A DNA stretch of 64,000 nucleotides, taken from a virus (Duplodnaviria > Caudoviricetes). A program made the position numbers and the translations under genes. The DNA lies in IMG/VR virus record IMGVR_UViG_3300035501_000350, positions 32,001-96,000 of that record, one strand, 5' to 3'. Position 1 is the first letter of the stretch. Each line of letters starts with the position of its first letter. The notes beneath the pieces are model-generated. The model saw only the letters and a program-made list of their open reading frames with translations, did no database searches and was not told where the DNA came from. This document shows positions 19,699 through 29,894 of this stretch, in pieces.

Positions 19699-22002
19699 TT
19701 AGATGATATCTTCTTTCTTAACTGTGATGCCCTTGGTGAAAGCAGATTTATCATTCTGGAGTTCAGTGATGAGTTTAAGCTCCTTCTTAACATCTTGGAT
19801 TGTATACTGTTTAAGAGTTCTTCCTGTGTTAGGAATAACAGTACTTTCTCCAAGCATCTTAGGAGGCATCTCACCAAGTCCCTTATAACGAGTAAGATTC
19901 TTAGGCTCAAACGAATTAAACATGCCCATCAAACCATAAATGGTATACTTAACACCATTGATCATATAGTAGTCATCAGATCTATTAATCATATTGATAA
20001 TCTCAGCACAATCATTGAGCAATCTATTGTTTAAGAATATCGTCTGATAGTTAGATCCAACAAGACCACGAATGAGGATAGTATCCTTGGTTTGCTCTAC
20101 AGATAAGAACTTGTATTCTTTCTGTACGACTTGCTTTAACTTGCTAAAGCTAAGATTTCTGTTATAGAGAATGAACTCTAATAGATACGGATCAATAGCA
20201 TAGATGCCAGCAATATGGTTAACCATGCTTACATAATCCATATTATTATGAATGATTCTAATGATCTCCTTCTTAGGATATTCTTTACCCTTGAGATTAC
20301 AGATTTTATTATCCTTGCAGAGGATAGATTGCACATACTCTACATACTCCACATTATCTGCAAAGAACTTCATCTTATTCTTACCAAGACTAATTCCATA
20401 CAGAGGTGGATTAGCAACATAGAGCATACCATCTGTAATAACCCATGGTAGATATCTCAAGAACATACCAAACAGCAAGCACTCGATATGCTTTCCATCT
20501 GCATCAGCATCTGTAGCAATAACAATCTTGCTAGGTTTAAATTTAGCAGGATCGAATGTTTTAGAATATCCTTGATAGCCCATGATCTTGAATATTCCAG
20601 CAACCTCAGCATTCTCAAAATACTTCTTTGTAGGAGTAGTGAATGCATTAGAAATCTTACCCTTGATAGGCATTATTCCTTGAGTTTGCTTGTCTCTATT
20701 GTTCTCCATACCGGATGCAGCAGAGTCACCCTCGCAAATCCAAAGCTCAAATCCTTTACCTACATTGGACTTCTTATACTTAGCAGGATATCCAGTAATA
20801 ACAGATGCAGTATATTTATCTGTCATTTTTATTTTCTCATTATCTGACTTAGTACGAATTTCACATACAGACTTCAAATATTTAGAAACCTTCTGGAGAT
20901 CCCCAGGGTTGTTAGTCGCCCAATTCTGTAATGCTGCGATTGTTGCTTTAGACACGTAAGGTTTAATATCCTCTTTAGAGAAGATCTGCTTACTCTGTCC
21001 GGTAAACATAGCATGAAGATGGAATACAGATACAACAGCTCTTAGTCCTGTACGAATATCCTGAGCATTAACCTGAAGCTTCTTATTACCTGCTAGATAG
21101 ATCTTATTCATATAGTCTCTAAAGTACTTGACTAATCCATCTAAGAATCCATCTACATGAGTACCAGCTGTTGTAGGGCACATATTGGCGAAGCTAAGAA
21201 TATTAGGATCACCCATATCTGCTACATCATAGCTGAACAGAATCTCTACCTTCATGGTACCGTTATCTTCAGTGAAATAAATTGGATCGCAAACTCTAGA
21301 TTCGCAAATTGTATTGATAAGTTCTACAATACCATTTCTATTCTCTAAGACAACAGTTCTTTTCTGCCCCATGAGATTAATAGCATTGAAAGTAATCCTA
21401 GTGCCAATAGTGCATAAATGGCAGAGAAGCCATGTTAAATGCTCGATCTCCGTATCATCTACAGTAATCTCTCCCATCATTTCAGATGGAGCAAATGAAG
21501 TAATCAATCCATGTTTACCCTTAGGGCATTTAATAGATTGAGTTCCTTTCTTGGATAGACGGCCTTCATTGAACTCTACTTTAGCGGCTGTTCCATCCAT
21601 ACGATAAGACTCTACAACAAAGAACTTAGATAGAAAGTTTGTTATTGTAGCACCCATACCATTCTTACCAGAAGAATAATCTCCTGAGCCATCTTGTTTA
21701 TCATAGTTTGAAGATGAATGAAGCTCTGAGAATACTGGCGCAAGCATATCTAATTTAATGCCCTGGCCATTATCCTCGATAATGCATGTATGAGTTCTAG
21801 CATCGAAAGATACTATGATATTTTTGTCTAAAGTATTACCCTTGATAATTTCATCAAGGGAGTTCTGAAGAATCTCTCGATACATGTTTACAAATCCAGG
21901 ATTTCCTAAAGCTCCAATATATACATCTGGTAATTTCCTTACGGCTTCAACTTGATCTTTAATTAGTTTGATTTCTTTTTGCTGGTTAATTTCTGTCGCC
22001 AT
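19699..22002 (-). CDS. gyrB: Type IIA topoisomerase subunit B (GyrB/ParE-like)
   Basis: EILQNSLDE, EDNGQGI, GKNGMG (GHKL ATPase); CEGDSA, PIKGK, DADADG (TOPRIM); RYKGLGEM. Confidence 0.95.
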   Translation of the reverse strand: MATEINQQKEIKLIKDQVEAVRKLPDVYIGALGNPGFVNMYREILQNSLDEIIKGNTLDKNIIVSFDARTHTCIIEDNGQGIKLDMLAPVFSELHSSSNYDKQDGSGDYSSGKNGMGATITNFLSKFFVVESYRMDGTAAKVEFNEGRLSKKGTQSIKCPKGKHGLITSFAPSEMMGEITVDDTEIEHLTWLLCHLCTIGTRITFNAINLMGQKRTVVLENRNGIVELINTICESRVCDPIYFTEDNGTMKVEILFSYDVADMGDPNILSFANMCPTTAGTHVDGFLDGLVKYFRDYMNKIYLAGNKKLQVNAQDIRTGLRAVVSVFHLHAMFTGQSKQIFSKEDIKPYVSKATIAALQNWATNNPGDLQKVSKYLKSVCEIRTKSDNEKIKMTDKYTASVITGYPAKYKKSNVGKGFELWICEGDSAASGMENNRDKQTQGIMPIKGKISNAFTTPTKKYFENAEVAGIFKIMGYQGYSKTFDPAKFKPSKIVIATDADADGKHIECLLFGMFLRYLPWVITDGMLYVANPPLYGISLGKNKMKFFADNVEYVEYVQSILCKDNKICNLKGKEYPKKEIIRIIHNNMDYVSMVNHIAGIYAIDPYLLEFILYNRNLSFSKLKQVVQKEYKFLSVEQTKDTILIRGLVGSNYQTIFLNNRLLNDCAEIINMINRSDDYYMINGVKYTIYGLMGMFNSFEPKNLTRYKGLGEMPPKMLGESTVIPNTGRTLKQYTIQDVKKELKLITELQNDKSAFTKGITVKKEDII

Positions 22003-22138
22003 TGGTATCACCTCAAACTTAGTATTTACTTTTACGTTTGTGCGTGGTGTAAAAAACTATTTTAGATAGACAATAGATAGGGTTCGGGACGTTGCCCGAA
22101 CCCTATATTATTGTTATCTGAGATGAACTTAATTAGCC

Positions 22139-23164
22139 TTACAGATTAACCTTGTTCTCAGAGGTTGCAGTTCCATCGCCGTTGTTCTTCACTGCGGGAG
22201 GATCAATAGCGCTTGCTGCGGGCTGATAACCCTGAGGAGCTGCATTAACCGGAGCTGCAGGGGCATAAGTCGGCATTACAGTAGCCTGCTGTGCAGGTGC
22301 GGGCTGTGCTGCCTGAGTTGCCTGAGCCTGCTGCTGCTGATAAGCACCCTGAGGAGGTGCTACCATATTAGCTGTCTGCTGGACAAACTGCTGATTGGGG
22401 GCTGCATAGTTCACACCATAGGTAGCCTGCATGGGGTTGTTGTAAGGATTAGCCACGGGAGGCTGATAATATCCATTGTTCACAGCACCCTGCTGCTGGG
22501 GCTGGCCCTGATAATAATACCCGGCCTGTGTCTGCTGAGCTCCCTGGGGCTGATACTGATAAGTGGGATAAGCGGGCTGATAATACTTGTTTCCAAACAG
22601 GCTGTTATACTGTGCATAGATAGAAGCATCCTGAGCGTTAGCTACGTTATGCTGGTTGTAATACTTGTTAAAGTTATTCATCGCATACTCATAGATATCG
22701 GGATACTTCTCAAGCAGGGGAATCATGGTGAACAGCTCGCGAGTAAGCTCGACGGGCAAATCACCAAGCCACTTAGCATTCTGCATGCTGGAAACAAGAG
22801 CATTAACAAGCTCTGTTACCTGCTCCTTAGTAAAAGCTTCCTGGGACCAACGAGCACCACAAATCGGGCACCATACATCACCGGAGCCGTCGTTCAGAGG
22901 CTGAACGCGATCCTGACCATTCTGCTTATGTGTGCACATAGCACGAAGCACATCAGTCTGCTTAATGTTAAGGTCAATCTTGCTTGCGGGCTTATCGTTC
23001 ATCAGAGTACGAATCTCTTCATCGGTAAGAGCATTCATATTCTGAGGAACCTGGAAGTTTTGGGCGACTACAGGCTGATAGCCATACGGGGCATTGTAAT
23101 ACTGCTGTGTGTAGGGCTGCTGATAGCCTCCGTAGTAATACCCATTGTTCATCGTGTTATCCAT
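22139..23164 (-). CDS. Q/Y/P/A/N low-complexity protein with central zinc ribbon
   Basis: AGGAGG RBS; CTH...WCPICG; QY-rich termini. Confidence 0.75.
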   Translation of the reverse strand: MDNTMNNGYYYGGYQQPYTQQYYNAPYGYQPVVAQNFQVPQNMNALTDEEIRTLMNDKPASKIDLNIKQTDVLRAMCTHKQNGQDRVQPLNDGSGDVWCPICGARWSQEAFTKEQVTELVNALVSSMQNAKWLGDLPVELTRELFTMIPLLEKYPDIYEYAMNNFNKYYNQHNVANAQDASIYAQYNSLFGNKYYQPAYPTYQYQPQGAQQTQAGYYYQGQPQQQGAVNNGYYQPPVANPYNNPMQATYGVNYAAPNQQFVQQTANMVAPPQGAYQQQQAQATQAAQPAPAQQATVMPTYAPAAPVNAAPQGYQPAASAIDPPAVKNNGDGTATSENKVNL

Positions 23165-23269
23165 TTGTAAATCCTCCTTAAATTATATTGGGTGCTATGG
23201 ATAATATAGAGCGTATAGGTTTACACCTATACACCTCTATATTATACGATTATTATTAAGTTTACTCTG

Positions 23270-23866
23270 TTATAAATTACTACTTTCGTCGGCAGAGTTT
23301 TCCGATTCAGTAGATGCAGCTGCTTTCTTCTTAGCTTCAGCTTCTAAGATCTTAGCATTTCTATCTGCATATCTTCTAGTCTCCATAAACGATTCAGCGT
23401 ACTTGTTGTTGTAGTAATCATCCTTACTATTAGCTGCCTCCTCGCCAAGAAGCTTCTGGATTTCTGTGGGTGTAAGCTCATATCTAGAAGGATCGATAAG
23501 CTTGGTATACGTATTCTTGATAAGAGCTTTGTAAGCTGCACTCATAGTGCACCCTGCAGATTCAAGACCATCAAACAGATCATCTAATTCATCTACAGGA
23601 AGAACAACAAGTTCAAGACCCTGAATAATCTCATACTGGAATACAATAACAGAGATAGAATTACCAATGTTACTTGGAGTACGGCTACTCTGAGGGTCGG
23701 TAAGTCTAAACGAATATAACAGTTCATTCTCGTCATCCCACTTGGTAAATTGGAATCTGTTAGATTCATCAACGACAACGAAACTATTATCAATGAAAAC
23801 TCTTAAGGGAGCATTAATGCCATGCTTAAGAGCAGTTCTGGTCTTAATGAGCGTTTCTTTATCCAT
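23270..23866 (-). CDS. Hypothetical protein
   Basis: AAGGAG RBS; promoter motif at 23909-23920. Confidence 0.75.
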   Translation of the reverse strand: MDKETLIKTRTALKHGINAPLRVFIDNSFVVVDESNRFQFTKWDDENELLYSFRLTDPQSSRTPSNIGNSISVIVFQYEIIQGLELVVLPVDELDDLFDGLESAGCTMSAAYKALIKNTYTKLIDPSRYELTPTEIQKLLGEEAANSKDDYYNNKYAESFMETRRYADRNAKILEAEAKKKAAASTESENSADESSNL

Positions 23867-23946
23867 ATATCTATATCTCCTTTACGAATTAGTAAGTGAT
23901 TTAAGCTTTACTAAAATGTTTAAGGGGGAGTATCTAATGTGAACCA

Positions 23947-24408
23947 TCATAGATAGTTCACATTAAGATTCATGAGCTGGATGTTTTTCAATGTTGAAAT
24001 AACATCAGCGCCATTATAGATAGCATTAAACATCTGATACAACTGCAGCCAGTTATAACACCTGTCATTCTGCTTGGTTTGCTCGTTTGTTGCTAGTGCT
24101 CTCTCCTGGTTAATATCTGTTGTCCGGTACGGAACAAATCCAGATATCAAACCATCTTGGATATAGTAATTCAATGCGTTTACCAATACTGATGCAGTCT
24201 GGTATTGAACATAGCTTTCTGTTAAGCATGCAGACAGGACTTTCTCATTCGTAAAATACAAATAGTCTTGTTCGGCAATATTGTCAAACTTAATGTCTCT
24301 GATAATGCGCTTTACAGATTTTCTAATTTCATCAACAGACATGTTGTTGAAGAAGTTAGGATTGTTGTTAGCAGAGCGTTTCTCTGCAAAGAAACTTTGT
24401 CTTGCCAT
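23947..24408 (-). CDS. Hypothetical protein
   Basis: AAGGAGG RBS. Confidence 0.7.
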   Translation of the reverse strand: MARQSFFAEKRSANNNPNFFNNMSVDEIRKSVKRIIRDIKFDNIAEQDYLYFTNEKVLSACLTESYVQYQTASVLVNALNYYIQDGLISGFVPYRTTDINQERALATNEQTKQNDRCYNWLQLYQMFNAIYNGADVISTLKNIQLMNLNVNYL

Positions 24409-24440
24409 TTGCGTCGCCTCCTTGGGGTAGTACAAGTAAT

Positions 24441-24863
24441 TTACTCGTAATTAGGTGCCAGAATATCAGCACCACTAAGTCTCTCGCTTGAGGGTATATC
24501 AATAAGAGCATTGATCTCATTTACAGGGATAGAATCGTCCGTCTCTGTATTGGATGCGGAAATATGCTCATCGATATCAAAACTATCTTCCTGGTAGAAC
24601 TGTTTAGCATACTTCATGAAAGAATAAACAGACTTACGCTGAAGCAACGTACAAGATTCTACAAGAACGAATGACTCTTCAAGATCAATGTAATCTGCGA
24701 CTGTCTTGATAGTGTCATATACTTCACTTCTACCCTTGATGATTTCCCACCATGTATTATCGGAATCAGTTCCGACAAAACAGATGAGATATTCTTTATC
24801 CTCAGGGGTTTTTCTAGGAACAGAATTGTCCACAATTCTAACCATAGTTTTTTTCTCTGACAT
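24441..24863 (-). CDS. Hypothetical protein
   Basis: AAGGAGG RBS. Confidence 0.7.
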   Translation of the reverse strand: MSEKKTMVRIVDNSVPRKTPEDKEYLICFVGTDSDNTWWEIIKGRSEVYDTIKTVADYIDLEESFVLVESCTLLQRKSVYSFMKYAKQFYQEDSFDIDEHISASNTETDDSIPVNEINALIDIPSSERLSGADILAPNYE

Positions 24864-24924
24864 TTTTATTACCTCCTTTTCTATATAGTCACTATTATAG
24901 TATATCACTGAATAGTGATTTACT

Positions 24925-26136
24925 CTAGCTTGATTTTACATAGACCAACTGTTGGTCTGCTCTAGATGCTCCAACTAGATTTATACATGGCTGCATTGCT
25001 GGATTCATATGCTCCTCTATATATACAACTTTATGGAACTGAGACCCCTGAGCAATATGAGCTGTAATGCAATAGGCAAATTCAAACTTATTACCTACCT
25101 CGTATTTATTAGCTCTTATTTTAACTCTGGTATCATTCTCTGAAACCATATGAGCGTAATTACATCTAGAGTTTTTGAATATGGCATTTGGAGCCAGATC
25201 AGGAGCAAAGTTCATAGAGAATAGTTTACCATCAAAGCTAGATACATCTGGATTACTAACAACTGTACCAATAAGACCATTACATAGATTGATTACATAT
25301 CCATTAGATGCAGATACTCCTTCAATCCAGTTATTACTACGACATACTACTTTCTCTCCATACTGAGGTAGATCACCTTTGAAACCTTTGAGAGCTCGTA
25401 CACGTTTATTGATAGCATCTCTAGTCTTATTTTTACCACATATGATAGCATCTGCCCATAGAAGCATACCATCAGTAAGATCTTCTTTATTGATAACTAG
25501 GCTGTTACCATAATAGCCATTAAGCAATGGTTGACCATTACCAACCATGGTAGCAATGAAGTTTATATCTTCTCTTCCGGCTTGGCGCATACATTGTATT
25601 AGATGGTAAATCTTATTATCCCCGGTTAGAAATGCTGGTTCTTCTTTAACCGGAGGAAGCTGATGCTGATCTCCACACGCTATGATCTTTAGACCAAATT
25701 TCTCTATCGTAGGTCTTAGACTCTTAGGCATAGAGTAAGCCTCATCTATAGCTATAAGTCTAATCCTATCATCGAGATGATCTACAGGGATAAACCTAGG
25801 AACTCTTATAGGGCAATTCATAAGTTCATCCATAACTACATTGCCCTCTTTGTCTCTAAGAGGTTCAGATCTTATATTGTATATCCAGCTATGAGCTGTC
25901 TTTGCACTAATAAGACCTTTCATTCGCATCACAAGGCTAGCAGAACCAATGAAACTCATTGGAGCTACCTCTGTTAATGGGTCTAATCCTATACGACGGA
26001 TAATCTCATTTAGAACAACAGACTTTCCTGTACCGGGAGGGCCATCAATTTCAAATACTTGTGTAGTTCCATTGTAGTACCAATCCACGGCTTGTTCTAT
26101 AACGTACTGCTGTTCTTCGTTAAACTTAAACATCAA
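24925..26136 (-). CDS. SF1B helicase, Dda/RecD-like
   Basis: GPPGTGKS, IDEAYS, GDQHQLPPV, AYCITAHIAQGSQF. Confidence 0.9.
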   Translation of the reverse strand: MMFKFNEEQQYVIEQAVDWYYNGTTQVFEIDGPPGTGKSVVLNEIIRRIGLDPLTEVAPMSFIGSASLVMRMKGLISAKTAHSWIYNIRSEPLRDKEGNVVMDELMNCPIRVPRFIPVDHLDDRIRLIAIDEAYSMPKSLRPTIEKFGLKIIACGDQHQLPPVKEEPAFLTGDNKIYHLIQCMRQAGREDINFIATMVGNGQPLLNGYYGNSLVINKEDLTDGMLLWADAIICGKNKTRDAINKRVRALKGFKGDLPQYGEKVVCRSNNWIEGVSASNGYVINLCNGLIGTVVSNPDVSSFDGKLFSMNFAPDLAPNAIFKNSRCNYAHMVSENDTRVKIRANKYEVGNKFEFAYCITAHIAQGSQFHKVVYIEEHMNPAMQPCINLVGASRADQQLVYVKSS

Positions 26137-26139
26137 TCA

Positions 26140-26628
26140 TTACTTCTTTCTAGGAAGTGTAATATCAAAGATATCAAACTGATATAGATGGCTAGTCTTA
26201 TTCAGTTTGGTGATGAAGTTAAATACTCTAACAGACTCACTAATATATGGGTCTGATACCATACTCTTTGTTTCGCCATTGATATTGTAATACATCACAA
26301 ACATCCCCTTGTTAGCCCCAGGGATAGGAACCTGCGCAATGCTCTGGAATACAACTCCAATCCTATTGCAATAATTGCTAAGGAATGGGATTACTAGAGT
26401 TTCTGCTAGACGAGAGTTCTCTAAGAGATTCATCTCTATCTCGTCATGTTTCAAATACGGGTTATCAACCTCGCAATACTTAATATACTTTTCTTTGATT
26501 TGCAATACAGATTCGGTATTCATATCAAACAGGTATCCCTCATCTGTAAGATCAAATCCTAATTCACGCATCATTGCGTCATTAAATCTTAATCTAAGAT
26601 CTAGTGCTTGTGCTTTAGTTATCGCCAT
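26140..26628 (-). CDS. Hypothetical protein
   Basis: GGAGG RBS. Confidence 0.7.
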   Translation of the reverse strand: MAITKAQALDLRLRFNDAMMRELGFDLTDEGYLFDMNTESVLQIKEKYIKYCEVDNPYLKHDEIEMNLLENSRLAETLVIPFLSNYCNRIGVVFQSIAQVPIPGANKGMFVMYYNINGETKSMVSDPYISESVRVFNFITKLNKTSHLYQFDIFDITLPRKK

Positions 26629-26728
26629 GTTATTACCTCCAATAAATATATTTGGGTTCGACATAGTTATAATATACGTTTATATCATAATTTATACTGA
26701 TTACTACGAAGTTTGAGAGGGTTTAAAA

Positions 26729-27151
26729 ATGGACAATAATAACTACACTAGCTCTGAAGGATATACCCTTGAGTTTGCTATTCTTCAAGAGGATATTCCT
26801 GCAGATCAATCTACTACTGCTAATTTTAAGATCCCTACTTTAATCAATACAGGAACTGTAGCTAAAGTAAATACTAATACTTCAACTATAAGAAATAAAA
26901 CAACCACTAATCTTACTAGTGCTTCTATGAATATTAAAGATACAATCTCATTAAGAGTGCCAATGGAGTATACATATTACTGGGGTACTAGCAAAATAAT
27001 CCCTGCTGGAACTAGATTTATTGTAGCTTACATTGGTGGCAATGTTAATGAGATCGCTATTGTTGGACGATATGATCGTAGCGGTGCTGATGCTCCTGCA
27101 TGTGATAGATGTAGAGGCATCTGTGATCTTTGTCCTAGCTGCTGCGGATAA
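26729..27151 (+). CDS. Possible baseplate spike/hub OB-fold protein with Cys-rich C-terminus
   Basis: IPAGTRFIVAYIGGNVNEIAIVG resembles the gp5/gpV OB-fold pattern; ends CDRCRGICDLCPSCCG; next to a wedge-like gene. Confidence 0.4.
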   Translation: MDNNNYTSSEGYTLEFAILQEDIPADQSTTANFKIPTLINTGTVAKVNTNTSTIRNKTTTNLTSASMNIKDTISLRVPMEYTYYWGTSKIIPAGTRFIVAYIGGNVNEIAIVGRYDRSGADAPACDRCRGICDLCPSCCG

Positions 27152-27165
27152 GGAGTGATTAATCT

Positions 27166-27615
27166 TTGAGCGTTTATAGTTATCAGCAACCTCAATATAC
27201 ATATACTCTAGAGCAATTTGCTGCATGTACATCTACTGACACTATGAGTTATCATAATCTGTCGTTTGTTGATACCCATGATGGTATTAAGTTTGATACT
27301 TATAATGTAACAACAGACTACATTGATGAGATAAGAGATGAATACTGTGTTACTGTAAGTCTAACTGATAAAGAATTAGATAAATATAAATATAGACCTA
27401 AACTGTTATGCTATAAGATATATGGTAACGGCGAGTTGGCGTTTCTTATTCTCTTGATAAATGATATGTGCAGTGTTAAAGAGTTTACTAAGAAGAAATT
27501 ACTAATGCCTAAAAAGCAGACAATGAAGAATCTAGTAAAGTATTTATATAATGCTAATAGAGCAGCAATTCAAACCTATAATAATAAAGTAACATCCACT
27601 ATAGATGACGACTAA
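27166..27615 (+). CDS. Baseplate wedge protein (T4 gp53/LysM-like)
   Basis: YRPKLLCYKIYGNGELAFLILLIN motif. Confidence 0.6.
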   Translation: MSVYSYQQPQYTYTLEQFAACTSTDTMSYHNLSFVDTHDGIKFDTYNVTTDYIDEIRDEYCVTVSLTDKELDKYKYRPKLLCYKIYGNGELAFLILLINDMCSVKEFTKKKLLMPKKQTMKNLVKYLYNANRAAIQTYNNKVTSTIDDD

Positions 27616-27635
27616 AGAATCCAGGTAGCAATATG

Positions 27636-29432
27636 CTACCTGGAAACTTTATGGCACATTTCTTTCAATATACGAGGTTCAGTCGTAATATGTATTAAAG
27701 TTTTAGGAGGTGACTGGCTACAATAGCCGAAAGAACTGTGCTCTATGTTAAACGTGGCGATGCCGCTCGCGTTAGCAAACATATTCGATACGTCATTAGT
27801 GGGAAGTCTCACATCATTGAACTGAGTGAAATCCCTAACCTCATTAACTATACCCTGGCCTGTATTAATTCCTGTATTGAGGGCTACTTCCTCACGCATA
27901 GTAGTCTTATGCACTGGCACCGGAGAATAGATATCCTCAACAAACTTTATAGTATTGTTGATGTAAGGAATGTATACAGTATAGATATCGCCAGGGATAT
28001 AATACCTAGATTTTACTCTCTGCATTCCTAGATACTTATTACTATCCTTATCAAACTCAGGAGCTATAAGAGCAATCCAATCACTATTCTCAATAATAAG
28101 ATTAGATTCACCTACATTGCTTCTACCTATCAATCTAACCAAATCAGCTTTATTCTTAATTCTAGCTTCATCAATAGATGCTGTTGCTGTTCTGTTAAGC
28201 TGAGATGCTGTGATAACAGGGATATTCTTCAATGTAGCAAATACTTTAAACTCATTAATTACAGCTCCAAGTTGAAGTCTAAGATCTCCATTGTATGAAC
28301 CATCAACAGACTTAATTCTTTTTATATAATCTTGAATCATACAGATTACTTCATAACCTTCATCTTCAAGATCTTCACACAGAGTATACAGATAAGATGT
28401 ATCCTCTGATAGATTAGGTCTGAATTTTACTATGAGGTCTATTGGATCCCCATCTGATACATGTAATCCTCCCTGAGTCTTAAGAACATCCATGAACTCA
28501 TCTTCGCTATAATTAGTCATGTCTGCTCCTACACACATGCTAAAGATTCTCTGTACTGTTTCTTTAATGGAGTTCTCCATTACTAATAGAACTACGCATG
28601 GTCTTTTTGTAGGGTCTGCACACACATAGTTCTTATTATATCTTTTTAGTTCTATAGCCATATCAATCAATGTAGAAGATTTACCCTCTCCAGGAAGACC
28701 AAGCAATGTATAAACTCTAGTTGCTTCTACTCCACCACCAGTAAGAATATTTAAAGCTTGTGTTCCAAATATTAATCTATTGGATGGAGACGTAAGCTGT
28801 CTATATGTAGCTTGCATTGACTGAATATAATTCTCTCCAGTAAGAGAGAATGTAAGATCTTCTGAGTTGTTAGCTCTAGACCTTCTAAATTTTACTTGAA
28901 GCCTTGTAACCCAATCTTCTATTTGACTTACAATGATTCCTCTGTTAGCATAATCTGTTGCCTTGAATTTTTGCAATAGAGCTAAACCTTCATCCACATC
29001 ATTATAGATAACAGAGTACTTTAGGATTTCACTTACAGATGTATTTACCCATTCCACTTCAGAGTTATTTAATTCACGAAATGAATTTTGATTTCCAGAA
29101 CCAAATCCTCCATAGATATGATTGAAAATCATATCAGTAGTTGTTAAATTATAATCTAATCTTGCCTCTATACCTTTCGTGATGAACTCAATTCTTCCAA
29201 GACGTTCTTGGTCATTTCCATAGTTGCTAATATCCATAATGAGAAATAGATTTCTAAGATTAATGATATTTCCTCTACGGATAGAACGGTTCTCTGAAAG
29301 TATATATGAACACATCAAATCTAATTCAGTTATATCAAATTTGACGTCAATTTTTAAATTCTTATTTTTAACTGGAGATGCAGCCACACCCCCACTATAC
29401 TTCTGCCTTCTGTTGGATTCCATTAGTCCCAT
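27636..29432 (-). CDS. DnaB-like replicative helicase
   Basis: GLPGEGKS Walker A, MEN, QDYIKRI, TASQLNR. Confidence 0.9.
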   Translation of the reverse strand: MGLMESNRRQKYSGGVAASPVKNKNLKIDVKFDITELDLMCSYILSENRSIRRGNIINLRNLFLIMDISNYGNDQERLGRIEFITKGIEARLDYNLTTTDMIFNHIYGGFGSGNQNSFRELNNSEVEWVNTSVSEILKYSVIYNDVDEGLALLQKFKATDYANRGIIVSQIEDWVTRLQVKFRRSRANNSEDLTFSLTGENYIQSMQATYRQLTSPSNRLIFGTQALNILTGGGVEATRVYTLLGLPGEGKSSTLIDMAIELKRYNKNYVCADPTKRPCVVLLVMENSIKETVQRIFSMCVGADMTNYSEDEFMDVLKTQGGLHVSDGDPIDLIVKFRPNLSEDTSYLYTLCEDLEDEGYEVICMIQDYIKRIKSVDGSYNGDLRLQLGAVINEFKVFATLKNIPVITASQLNRTATASIDEARIKNKADLVRLIGRSNVGESNLIIENSDWIALIAPEFDKDSNKYLGMQRVKSRYYIPGDIYTVYIPYINNTIKFVEDIYSPVPVHKTTMREEVALNTGINTGQGIVNEVRDFTQFNDVRLPTNDVSNMFANASGIATFNIEHSSFGYCSQSPPKTLIHITTEPRILKEMCHKVSR

Positions 29433-29489
29433 CAGCTCCAGTCTGGACGCATATAATACTATGATGTGGTTAGCATTATATTTTATATA

Positions 29490-29891
29490 TCACTTACCAG
29501 AAACACCAATCCCCATATAGTTTTTAGCCATTTTTTCATCTACCATCTTGCGTTCCCATTCTTCCATTCTATTGTATTCATCACAGTGTTCAAGAATCTT
29601 CCGTTGTAGTGTTTCTTTGAACCTATCAATCTGTGCAAAATAGCTAGCCCTAATATAACAAGAGCAAACAAGCTCAAATACTATGATTGCTGTAAGAATT
29701 AAGATGCTTCTAGGCGGTATGGTACGTAGTATTGATAGTACGATTACTACAATGTATGCGATAGTGTTAAGGACTACCATAAGATTGCATAAAGTGCTAT
29801 AAAGCATAAAAATGACGGACGACAGCACAGTTATAGTAATGGCTTGATTACCGCCAACCTCATAGCATTCATCTACAGTTCTAAATACCAT
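29490..29891 (-). CDS. Membrane protein
   Basis: Two or three hydrophobic segments; AAGGAG RBS. Confidence 0.65.
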   Translation of the reverse strand: MVFRTVDECYEVGGNQAITITVLSSVIFMLYSTLCNLMVVLNTIAYIVVIVLSILRTIPPRSILILTAIIVFELVCSCYIRASYFAQIDRFKETLQRKILEHCDEYNRMEEWERKMVDEKMAKNYMGIGVSGK

Positions 29892-29894
29892 GTA

